A DNA stretch of 63,924 nucleotides, counting the filler, from Pirum gemmata (lineage: Eukaryota), in NCBI GenBank assembly GCA_002812295.1. It is 11 parts of 11 records of this genome, joined end to end, with 100 filler letters (N's around TTAATTAATTAA, not from the genome) between each part and the next. Parts side by side here need not be neighbours in the genome. Positions count along the whole stretch, not along the records: positions 46,753 to 52,477 come from PDIN01000458.1; positions 52,578 to 58,340 come from PDIN01000459.1; positions 58,441 to 63,924 come from PDIN01000487.1; 8 more parts are not named here. One strand, 5' to 3'. The position numbers and the translations under genes are program-made. Numbering within the stretch: position 1 is the stretch's first letter; every line of letters begins with the position of its first letter. Shown one piece after another: positions 49,847 to 61,737 of this stretch. The notes beneath the pieces are model-generated. The model was not told the origin of the DNA. It searched no databases and saw only the letters and a list, made by a program, of their open reading frames with translations.

Positions 49847-51383
49847 TCACGGGTTCACGATTACTTGAATGGTATAGCCATTTTGAATACCGGCTGCTTC
49901 TAAGGTAATTTTATCAGCCAGTTGTTTACCACCGAAAAAATACCTTTGCTTGCCTGGCTCAATGCCATCTTCGTTTTGAACTTTGCTTTTCAACTGACCA
50001 ATGGTAGTCTTGTTTGTTACTTGCCATTTGTGCAAGGCGTGTTCATTAGTCGATAGTCTTACTTTTACGGTCATTGGTTCACCCCCACTCGCCAACTCTT
50101 CAGTGACTGATTTAGAGCTATCTGGCTTATCGCTGGTTGTTGAGGTAGTGCTGGGGTTAGAATAAGCATCAACATTTTCTTCTTCAGGTGTGGGATCTTC
50201 TTGAACGTTAGTCGGAAAGCACGTACAGTATAATGGGACCTTATATTGAAACCCCGATTGATCGTAGCATGGTGATAGTTGCCCTAATAAAATTAAAAAG
50301 TTTTGATTTGTAATTTAATACTAAATCAGGCACTAATATATGGAAACACAACAGTAATCGTAACCATAATAGCCACAACTATAATCATAATCATAATAGT
50401 ACCGATTATTAATCACATTGAATAATTGCTAGCCACCACTTTATTAATTTATCAATTTATAAGTGGCCAGCTAACTTGCTAATATTAAGGAAATAGCGCA
50501 GTTACATCATTAATAACAATAATTCAATTATTTAATAATACTCGTCAGTTTAAAAGCAGGGAAAAAAAGGACAAAAAGAGACACATAGAGAAGCTATAAA
50601 AAATACCTGCTGGTAATATCACGCCAACTGCATCCAGAATAGCCTGTGCGGTCGATAATTCTTCCGTTTCACAAGCACCTTTCAAAGCATCCCAAACATC
50701 TTGCTGCCCCCCGTAACTAGAACATGTCTCCCAAAACGTTTGTCGCTTTTTCAAAACACCACTTTTCGTTATTGGTGTTTCAGAAGTCCAATCTATAGAA
50801 AAATAAAATCAGTAATAGCTACAACGGCAATGCTGAGAATGCTACCGATGATGATGATGACGATGGTGAAATTAATGAATGTGATTGTAAATGTAAATAC
50901 ATGACGAGAAAAAATAATAAAATCAGTAAAACGGTTACAATGGCAATGCCGATAATGTTACCGGCAATGATGATGACGATAAGTAATGAAGATGATTTAA
51001 GAAAGTAAATAGATGACGAGGAAATAAATGACAAGCAACCGAGTAAATATGTAAATGTTTATAGATGCAGATTTGGTTGGAGGCTAAAATATTCATGTTG
51101 AAGCTAAGTTGGAAGGGAAATGTGTCGATGATTATAATGGTGAAGTAAGATCAAGTTAGCGTGGGTGAAGGTTGTTAAAGGCTGAACATGGCAAATAAGG
51201 CAAATAAGATAAATTCAGCGTGAATAAGAGTGAAACACAACAAAAACACAACAAAAATAAGTAAGAATAGTGGCGTTATAATAATGCAATAAACAAACAA
51301 ACCAAGTCGGACGGTTCTTAACTTTTGCGTTTTTTCACCTATTATATACATATATTATACGATTAGTAATAAAAAAAAAATTG

Positions 51384-51444
<61 letters not shown>

Positions 51445-51738
51445 TTAAAAAAGTGAAAATAGAAAAAAACAAGGCAGGTTAAAGTTTCGGAAACATTCAT
51501 TAATGGCGTCATCATAAAAACACTGCAGCCCTATGAATGAACACAGGTATACATTATACGTAATGGAAACAAGAAAACAAATGAGAAAACAGAGTGAGAA
51601 AAACAACTATGATTTACAGCGACAAAAACAACTAAATAAGTAAAACGAACCTGTAGAACTTGGTGATGACTGTGGTTGTGTTGGTAGCTGTCCACTTGGT
51701 TGACTGGCAGCAGAAGAGCTACTAACACACGCTCCCAT
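49847..51738 (-). CDS. UBTD2: Ubiquitin domain-containing protein (UBTD1/UBTD2, DC-UbP type); exons 51738..51651, 51338..51303, 50792..50607, 50283..49847
   Basis: MGAC N-terminus; WTSETPIT...L.KKR..FWET...YGG...VWDALK; CYDQSGFQYKVP.YC...PTN; C-terminal UBL (QRYFFGGKQLAD...IQNGYTIQVIVN); phase-1 GT-AG junctions join in frame. Confidence 0.92.
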
Positions 51739-52577
51739 ATTATATTTCAGTGCTATTACCAAGTAGTATTACAAGGTGCCACCATTTACTGAAAAAAAAA
51801 AATGCAATAATTCACAATCCGATATTCAATTCAGTATCTTTTTAAACAAGAGCATCCAAAATAGAAATTAAAGCAACCAAACACCGAAATAAAAACAATA
51901 AAACGTTATTAGTTATGGTAAGATTTGGTGGAAGAAAAGGTAACTTGGTAATAAAAAAGTTAAAACTATTAAGTACAACTAAAATGACACAATGGAACAA
52001 AAATTAAAACAAAACAAAACGAAAACTGACACGAAAGTAAAACAAAAGCAACCAAAAGCAAAGCAAAAAGCAAAGCAAAAGCAAAAGCAAACCCGACAAA
52101 AATTAAAACTAAAAACTAAACTTAAAGCACTTATATCATTTATTTATCATCACTTCTTAATAATAATAATAACAGATATAAAATTAAATTACTGATATAA
52201 TAATATAGACTATTCTAAAACTTCAGTGTGCAAAAAAGAAAAAAAAATAAAAAAAAATAAAATAAAAAAAAATAAAATATCGAAATTCCCTGGAAAGAAC
52301 TGGCTAGCTAGCAATATCTGATAGCTCTATCGATAGCTAGCTAGTCTAGCTAGCTAGAGTAGGAAGGGGGTTAGCACGTTAGGATGAGGTAATCAATAAC
52401 CAGATGAGGTAACGTTTTATAGTTGGTTATTTATAGAGATATTTATAATTATAATTATTATGATACTTTTTTTTTTTNNNNNNNNNNNNNNNNNNNNNNN
52501 NNNNNNNNNNNNNNNNNNNNNTTAATTAATTAANNNNNNNNNNNNNNNNNNNNNNNNNNNNNNNNNNNNNNNNNNNN

Positions 52578-52745
52578 CTAACCCTAACCCTAACCTTAAC
52601 CCTAACCCTAACCTCCCTAACCCTGACCTCCCTAACCCTAACCCTGACCCTGACCTTAACTCTAACTCTAACTCTAACCCTAACCCTAACCCTAACCCTA
52701 ACCTGAACCCTAACTCCTACCCAGACTCCCAACCCAAACCCAACC
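52578..52745. repeat. Degenerate (CCCTAA)n array at contig start
   Basis: Directly visible. Confidence 0.85.
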
Positions 52746-53580
52746 CAAACCCATGGCCAACTCCAAACTCAAACCCAATCTCAAGCGCAATCCTGACCTA
52801 GCCTTATCCCTGATGTTTAATTATATAGTATTAATATATTAATACGTTATATAATATAACCCTAACCCTTTATTAAATTTTATCAACATTTTTATCATTT
52901 AATAACCATCGGTGTATACGTAGTTGGTATACGTAATACAGTAGTTCCTTTTTGTTGATTAATGTTTAGTTATCATACGTTTTTTTATTAATAAAATATT
53001 TTTACTTAATTAAATTATATGGATTGAATTTAATTAACTAACATAATATATATTTGATAAGAATTTGATATACATATATATTTTAAATATTTTCTTTGCA
53101 CATGGGGGTATATGGGTATACGTATTAATTGTTAATAATTAATTTATAACATTCTTATACTCAATAATATTGTAAGATTATTGTTTCCAAACAAATAATA
53201 TTATATAAATTATACATATTTTTGAAAAAATTTAAATTTATATTAATATAAAATATATAATTGTGTAATTTTTTTCAGAATTTGAAACAATTCACTGCAC
53301 ACTCATAACAGTACTAGTACAATAATTTCAATGATTTTTTTTATTATTCATAATACAAAAAATATATTAATAATAGCTGATATTAATAATAATTAGCTGA
53401 TACAAGTTGAGTAATTTACTATCATATTTTTGTTTGTAATAAAAAACCACCCCTTTAATTTATCGATAATCAACTAAATTTAAAAATACTTAAAAATTAA
53501 AATCAAAGGAACAAAAAAAAATAAGACATTCTCGATATTTTTATTTATCTTTAGAATATAAACATATTTTCACTATTATT

Positions 53581-53996
53581 TAACTCTAACCCTAACCCTA
53601 ACCCTAACCCTAACCCTAACCCTAACCCTAACCCTAACCCTAACCCTAACCCTAACCCTAACCCTAACCCTAACCCTAACCCTAACNAACCCTAACCCTA
53701 ATTATAACCCTAACCTTTATCTTGATACAATGAGAAAATGTCATTCAAAGGGTTGACGAAAGTAGTTATGTTGTCATAATCAAAGAGATTGATGATCAAG
53801 ATCTGACATCTTACCTAACCCTAACCCTAATCCTAATCCTAATCCTAATCCTAACCCTAACCCTAACCCTAACCCTAACCCTAATTATAACCCTAACCTT
53901 TATCTTGATACAATAAGCAAATGTCATTCAAAGGGTTGACGAAAGTAGTTATGTTGTCATAATCAGAGAGATTGATGATCAAGATCTGCCATCTTA
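53581..53996. repeat. Tandem duplication of [(CCCTAA)n array + ~115-bp unique unit]
   Basis: TTATAACCCTAACCTTTATCTTGATACAAT...GATCAAGATCTG(A/C)CATCTTAC at ~53702 and ~53885. Confidence 0.88.
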
Positions 53997-54172
53997 CAGA
54001 GAACCGATTGCCTTTTGTTTTCCTTTCAAAGTTACAAGTTTGGAGTGAAGTGGCTCAACTACTAGCTTCATTGACAATAGTGTCACTATTCAATCAAAGG
54101 GCCCATTCATTGTAAACACGATTGGAACACTTCTCTAGCTAGCTACGGCTTACCCTAACCCTAACCCTAACC

Positions 54173-55598
54173 CTAAATTTTCTTTTCCGATCTTTCGTAA
54201 AAAAGTTCTAGTGCACAGCTAGCATCTTCGGATGCATATTTTTTCATTGAACGGGTGAGTTCTGAAGCATTCCAACCGAGTTTTTTTTTCTTTTTCTTCA
54301 GCAAATCCTTTTTTAAAACACTGTTACACAATGCTTGAAGCGACATGCTATCAGGAATACCAAAATAAGGACCTAATTCTACAGCTCCGTCTATTTTTAC
54401 TTCCCCGAAGAACCACCTCATTAACTGTCCCATATCATTTGTGATACCCACACCCGCTTTTAAAATATTGGATGATTCTAGAAATTTTCGAAAATGCGAG
54501 GCTTTATTTAATAAAACCCGACCCTCTTGCTCCATCTTACTTAGCCTAATTAAATACACTTCCATAGAAGAGGGGTCTTCAGGGACTTTATACATTGCTA
54601 TTTGTATTAAAGCTGGATTAGCCTTTTTGGTTTCATGACCATATTCTACATCGAAACCAACTGCTATAGACCTTTGGCTTTCTTTACTTAAGTTCAACAA
54701 AGTTTTGGCTAATTTTTCCACACGGGAAAGGTCGTTAACTTGTGTGATTTTACCTTTACAAGTATATGCGTCCGAACTTGCATTAACCAATTTATCATCA
54801 TCAGGCTCAATATACTCCCATATAAATCCGTATTCATCCTCTCCCATAGGTAAACAATCTGATAATTCAGTCTCATCTAATTCGGCAGTAAGATGTATGG
54901 CAAGGCCATTATACCCTTCACTTTTTTCTGCATATTGCCTATCAGCTTCAGTAAGACATACGGCAGGGTCATTATATCCTTCACTTTTTTCTATGTATTT
55001 GCTACCAGCTCCAGTGAGACGTATGACAGGGTCATTAAACACTTCACTTTTTACTCTTTTTTCTATGCATTGCCTACCAGCTTCAGTGAGACGTATGGCA
55101 GGGTCATTATATCCTTCACTTTTTTCTATATATTGCCTACCAGCTTCAGTGAGACGTATAAACCAATTCCATTCCGAGCCTTTGTCGGTACTTCTTAATT
55201 TTGAATTTATTTTGATTGTTTTCTTTTTATTCTTTTTAATTGGCTCTAGATTTGATAAAAAACAAAAGAACAAAAAAAAAAGAATATTATTTTTGTTAAA
55301 ATACCCATAAATACAACGATACAACTTTATATAAGTAAATAAAAACACACATAAATACATAAATAATACATAAACACATAAACGCATAAACGCATAAATA
55401 TATAAATATATAAATATATAAATACATAAATACATAAATACATAAATACATAAATATATACATAAATACAACAATAACGAATGGTTTTGTTAAATTAGTC
55501 AAACATACAACTACTAAATTAAATACACAAAACACGCAAACACATCATATAAGTGATTATGAATAAAGAAAGAAAGAAAGAACGCCAGAAAGAACACC

Positions 55599-55633
<35 letters not shown>

Positions 55634-55797
55634 AATACATAAGTACATACATACATATATAAATACAACAATAATGAATAGTTTTGTTAAATTGGCCTAA
55701 CATGCATGTGTACCGCTATTAAATTAAATACACAAAATACGCAAACACATTATATAAATGAATAAAGAAAGAAAGAAAAAAAGACACAAAGAACGCC

Positions 55798-55860
<63 letters not shown>

Positions 55861-58189
55861 AAAAAAAAAGGAAAGAAAAAAAAGAAAGAATGAAAGAATG
55901 AAAGAATGAAAGAATGAAAGAATGAAAGAATGAAAGAATGAAAGAATGAAAGAATGAAAGAATGAAATAAGGATACAATTTGTACGTTCAAAGCCCTTAC
56001 TTTTCGTATTCGTATTTTCAATCTGAAGTTTAGTTTTAATTCTAAAAGCCGACTTCGGAGCATAAAGAGAATGAACTTCAACATAATTTGCCATGGGTTG
56101 AATCAATAAAGCCTCAGCTATTTGTTCCAAATATACGTGTTCCAGTTTTCCTAATTCAGCAAAAGGCGTGCTCATGCCTTGTAAATAAGCAAGAGGTAAC
56201 ATACCTTGATAGGTGAAATTATTTGAATCGTTAAAATAATATGAGAACTGATTTTCCATTTCTTCAAACATAAATGAATGTATGTGTTTGGCAAAGCCAA
56301 GACGAGGCAGGTTTGTAATTTTACGTACAGCCCTAACAGGATCTATGTTTTTCTGCTTTTTTTTTTTTTTTTCCTTTTTTCAATTTAGTCTTATTTGTAA
56401 TTGTCTCAGTGGTGTTTTTAAGAAATTCACTTTTTTCTATATATTGCCTACCAGTGTCAGTGAGACATATGGAAGGGTCATTATACCCTTCACTCTTTTC
56501 TATATATTGCCTACCAGCTTCAATGAGACATATGGCAGGGTCAATATGCCCCTCACTTTTTTGAATATATTGCCCACCGACTTTAGTTAGAGATATGGCA
56601 GGGTCATTATACCCTTCACTTTTTTCTATATATTGCGCATGCCTACCGGTTTCAGTGAGACATATGGCAGGGTCATTATGCCTTTCACTTTTTTCAATAT
56701 ATTGCCCGCCGACTTTAGTTAGACATATGGCAGGGTCATCATATCCTTCACTTTTTTCTATATATTGCGCATGCCTACCAGTTTCAATGAGGCATATGGT
56801 AGGGTCATTATACCCTTCACTCTTTTCTATATATTGCCTACCAGCTTCAATGAGACATATTGCAGGGTCACTATGCCCTTCACTTTTTTCAATATATTGC
56901 CCACCGACTTTAGTTAGACATATGGCAGGGTCATTATACCCTTCACTTTTTTCTATGTATTGGGCATGCCTACCAGTTTCAGTGAGACATATGGCAGGGT
57001 CATTATGCCCTTCACTTTTTTCAATATATTGCCCACCGACTTTAGTTAGACATATGGCAGGGTCATTATATCCTTCACTTTTTTCTTTATATTGCGCATG
57101 CCTACCAGTTTCAGTGAGACATATAGCAGGGTCATTATACCCTTCACTCTTTTCTTTATATTGCCTACCAGCTTCAATGAGACATATGGCAGGGTCATTA
57201 TGCCCTAAACTTTTTTCTATATACTGCCTACCAGCTTCAGTAAGACATATGGCAGGGTCATTATATCCTTCACTTTTTTCTATATATTGCTTACCAGCTT
57301 CAGTGAGACGTATAAACCAATTCCATTCCTTGTTTTTGTCAGTGCTTTTTAATTCTGAATTGATTCTTATTTTTTTCTTTTGAATTGACTCTATAATAAT
57401 AAAAAAGGGTTAGGGTTAGGGTTAGAGTTAGGGTATAAATACGACTCTATAATAATAAAAAAAGGTTAGGGTTAGGGTTAGAGTTAGGGTATAAATACAT
57501 AATAAAATAAATGCACGATTACATAAATTCATAAATATATAAATATATAATATACATATAATATATATAAATACATAAGTATGTAAATACATACATAAAT
57601 TCAACAATAATTATAACGAATGGTGTTGAATTAGCCAAACGTACAGGTATTAAATTAAATACACAAAATACGTAAACATATCATATTAATGAATGAATAA
57701 AGAAAGAAAGAAAGAAAGAAAGAACACCAGAAAGAAAGAAAGACAGAAATAAATAAATAAAAATAAATAAATAAATAAAGATACAATTTGTACGTTCAAA
57801 GCCCTTACTTTTCGTATTCGTATTTTCAATCTGAAGTTTAGTTTTAATTTTAAAAGCCGACTTCGGAGCATAAAGAGAATGAACTTCAACATAATTTGCC
57901 ATGGGTTGAATCAATAAAGCCTCAGCTATTTGTTCCAAATATACGTGTTCCAGTTTTCCTAATTCAGCAAAAGGCGTGCTCATGCCTTGTAAATAAGCAA
58001 GAGGTAACATACCTTGATAGGTGAAATTATTTGAATCGTTAAAATAATATGAGAACTGATTTTCCATTTNTTTTTTTTTTTTTTTTTTTTTTGATTTAGC
58101 CCTAATTGTAATTGTCACATTGGTGTTTTTAAGTAATAAAAGAGAAAGTGCCGAACGGCTTTGCCAACATCTACTTGAAGATGTTAGCA
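54173..58189 (-). CDS. WRN/EXD2-type DEDDy 3'-5' exonuclease with a duplicated N-terminal module and 21-23-aa tandem repeats; predicted exons 58189..57809, 57390..56001 (1-nt frameshift in the A-tract near 56380), 55245..54173
   Basis: ExoI AVGFDVEY, ALIQIA, ExoII LKAGVGITND, SLQAL, ExoIII W....LT.....YASEDA. GTAAGG donors at 57808 and 56000, TAG acceptors at 57391 and 55246, phase-1 joins. Repeats of LTEAGRQYIEKSEGYNDPAI. Confidence 0.85.
56427..57315 (-). repeat. Coding minisatellite of 63/69-bp units (about 13-14 copies); shorter array at ~54880..55160
   Basis: Unit GAGACATATGGCAGGGTCATTATACCCTTCACTTTTTTCTATATATTGCCTACCAGCTTCA. Confidence 0.92.
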
Positions 58190-58852
58190 TTTCTTGTTTT
58201 GTTTTGTTTTGTTTTTCTAATTTTATATTTATTTTTCCACGCAAGAAAAAAAGAAAGTAAGGTAGAAAAATCTTTACCCACTTTTTATTCTGATTTTGAG
58301 TGTTAAAACGAATGAATTAATTATTATTATTATTATTATTNNNNNNNNNNNNNNNNNNNNNNNNNNNNNNNNNNNNNNNNNNNNTTAATTAATTAANNNN
58401 NNNNNNNNNNNNNNNNNNNNNNNNNNNNNNNNNNNNNNNNAAAAAAAAAAAAAAAAAAAAAAAAAAAACTTGTTTATCTGAAGTGTACCTGATATCTGCA
58501 GTACAAATGACTACAAAATGACCTTTTATATATATAAATAAATACAGAATTATACCCCTACTTTTACTTCGGGTCTACTAAACTGTCGGGTACTTTTACA
58601 TTTTCGTTCTTGAATCTTGTCTCCTTTTGTCAAGAAAGCATCAATAGACTATCAATAGCTAGAATTAAATACTAATTATATCGACAAGTTTGGAGATTCT
58701 TCATATTTTATTTATATTGATAATAACAACAAGTTTGTTGTGTTAGACTATAATATAATAATGTTATCATAATAATATGGAATAATTGCACAGTAATTGC
58801 ACTATATACTGCTATATATCATAGTCTCAATATATTTTTTCTGACAGTACCA

Positions 58853-59108
58853 TTGTTGTTATTGTTGTTATTGTTGTTATTGTTGTTATTGTTGTTATTG
58901 TTGTTATTGTTGTTATTGTTGTTATTGTTGTTATTGTTGTTATTGTTATTATTGTTGTTATTGTACATGTTGTTATTATTATTATTGTTATAGCTATTAA
59001 ATTTATTATTATTATTATTAGTATTGTTATTGTTGTTATTGTTGTTATTGTTGTTATTGTTGTTATTGTTGTTATTGTTGTTATTGTTGTTATTGTTAAC
59101 GTTGTTAT
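58853..59108. repeat. (TTGTTGTTA)n microsatellite
   Basis: Directly visible. Confidence 0.85.
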
Positions 59109-59550
59109 GATACAATTATATCTAGCTAGCTAGTAGTGGGCTCTAAAATTCTAGTCAAATAATATCATAATATTATGCATAGTAGTATCCATATCAGACA
59201 TATCGATTTTGTATAATAAAACTGTGCAATAAAACTATTGTTCTACTATCATACTCTTTTAATAATAATTGTAAATAATAAATTATTATTTATAATCAAT
59301 CAAACTTTATGTATGCAAAGACTTTGGACTAATATACTGCTATATAACCGAGTACTTACTGTCTCAATACCTAACCCTAACCCTAACCCTAACCCTAACC
59401 CTAACCCTAACCCTAACCCTAACCCTAACCCTATCTAGCTCTCTAAATAATTAGTAATAGTAGTATCATATCAGACGTCGACATATCGATTTAACATAAT
59501 AAAACTGTGCAATAAAACTATTGTATTACTATCATACTCTTTTAATAATA

Positions 59551-59734
59551 TCATGTTTTTTATTTATTTTTTCACTCTGAATATTTATTTGGAGAGTTAT
59601 AATCTTTTAAAATTGACATTTTTAAATCAATATAATTATAGATAATAAAATATACCAAATTAAATTAAATGGATTTATATTGTAATAATTTGGTACTATT
59701 TATTGTATATTTTATGATGACAAAACAACTGAAA
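59551..59734. mobile_element. Family A MITE inserted into one copy of a local duplication
   Basis: Empty site at ~59200-59325; filled site at ~59485-59775. Confidence 0.85.
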
Positions 59735-61737
59735 GTAAATAATAAATTATTATTTATAATCAATCAAACTTTATGTGTACAAAACTTACTAAGACTTTTG
59801 TATGATAAAAGTTTGCATCGATAAAAACAAAAAGGAATGAGTAGAGTAGTAGTAACAGTGCTGAGTAACAGTGTAGTAACCTAGCTAGCTAGTAGTAGCT
59901 CTGGCTGTGGCGTTCAAATAATACGTCACGTCAAGGGGTAGGTAGGTAGGTGCTATTTGGCCGGAAATTAACGTCGAGGGGTAGGTAGGTAGGGGTATTT
60001 GAAGCTGTATTTGACCAGAAATTGGCGTTATGTATTAATATTATTTAAACACTTAGTATCATAGTATCATATTATCATAGTAGCTGTAACTCCTACTAGC
60101 TAGCTAGGTAGCTATAGACCTCTAGCTTGCTAGTAGTAGACTAGCAGGGGTGCTTTGTAAATGTAAAGTCTAGCTATGATAATATTATCATATGATAGCT
60201 AGCTAGCTAGCTAGCTAGTTGTAAAGTAGACTAGGATGATGGCTTAAGTGAATATTTATTTGGATGTTTATAATATTTAAATTGATACTTTTAAATTAAT
60301 AAATATATAATAAAATATACCAAATTAAATGAAATTGATTTATATTATATTAATTTGGTACTATTTATTGTATATTTTATGATGACAAAACAACTGAAAA
60401 GCACCACCAGTATGATATGATACAGGGTAGGGTATAAATAAAAGATGATGGCTTCAGTTTATTAGTAACTAGCCAGCTAGCTACTAGCTAGCTGGAGGTC
60501 TACTTATATTTTTTATGATATCATTAGACTATGACTGTGAGAGCGTGTGGAGTGGTTTCCCGTATCTCCTACTACTAGCTAGCTAGCTAACTAGACTAGC
60601 TAGCAACTGGTCTGCACTCAAAGCAGCCAGCCGTTCACAAAGTCTCAAGCATCTCATGTGATGATCTATGATAGCTACATGTAGCTAGCTATCGATAGCT
60701 TTAGTAGCTAACTAACATGACGTGCCCTAACCCTCCCTAACCCTAACCCTAACCCTAACCCTAACCCTAACCCTAACCCTAACCCTAACCCTAACCCTAA
60801 CCCTAACCCTAACCCTAACTGACCTTCAAAAAGTGGCAAAATAAAATAATTTTACAACCCTACTATACTATGATAGCTAGCTAAAGAGCTACTAGCTAGC
60901 TACAGTCTCTACACACAGTCTATCTCTCAGCAGTCTATCTATCTAGTTAGTTAGCTAGCTAGTAGACTAGTAGCTGCTACTATCGAGATAGCTATCGATA
61001 GCTAGCTAGTAGTAGACCTAGCTACTACCACTAGCTATCGATAGCTAGCTAGCGATAGCTAGCTAGTAGTTGTGATAGGAATTAGTTATGATAGGAATTT
61101 AGGAAACCAGCAGAGGAAAAGTAGTGGAAAAGTGAGGAAAAGAAGTCTATGCATAGACTACTAGCTAGAGGAAACCAGAGTGGAATAACTGTGGAATATT
61201 TTTTATAGTCTAGGGTTATTTTATTATCTATAATATTGATTTAAAAATGTCAATTTAAATATTATAACCATCCGAATAAATATTCAGAGTGACAAAATAA
61301 ATGAAAAGCACAATACAAGCAATACAAGTTGTCTTCCAAAATATAATTATAAGAGTAGACTGTATTATATTTTTGTTTATTTCATTAGTTATCTTTAATA
61401 TGGCGCGGTTTAAGTGTATAATTGAACTTGTTTATAAAATACAGCATTAAGTATAAAATACCAAATTAATTAAAACATGTCTGATAGTTTAACCATAACA
61501 ATAATTTGGTATGTTTTATTTCAGTTTTTGAACTGGGCAACACGATATGATGTATAATTGAATTGTACATCATTATTCACCCTAACCCTAACCCTAACCC
61601 TAACCCTAACCCTAACCCCTAACCCTAACCCTAACCCTAACATATAATTTATAATATATCTGATAATATATATTTATATTATGATATTGATAGATCGTAA
61701 TAATGACCACTTTGGAATTCTAGTATTATAAAATATG

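Noticed and set aside
29553..51738. Functional cluster of ubiquitin-like genes and PPT1
   Set aside because: The genes lie on different artificially joined contigs.
55246..55474. N-terminal MLYLCIY.. part of the 433-aa ORF
   Set aside because: Intronic (TATG/TTTA) microsatellite read-through upstream of the acceptor at 55246.
56595..57383. 262-aa plus-strand repeat protein (also 54705..55310)
   Set aside because: Antisense shadow of the coding minisatellite; the minus frame connects to the exonuclease and has splice signals.
58819..59115. Poly-Asn 98-aa ORF
   Set aside because: Almost entirely microsatellite; an Asn-rich exon cannot be excluded but nothing supports it.
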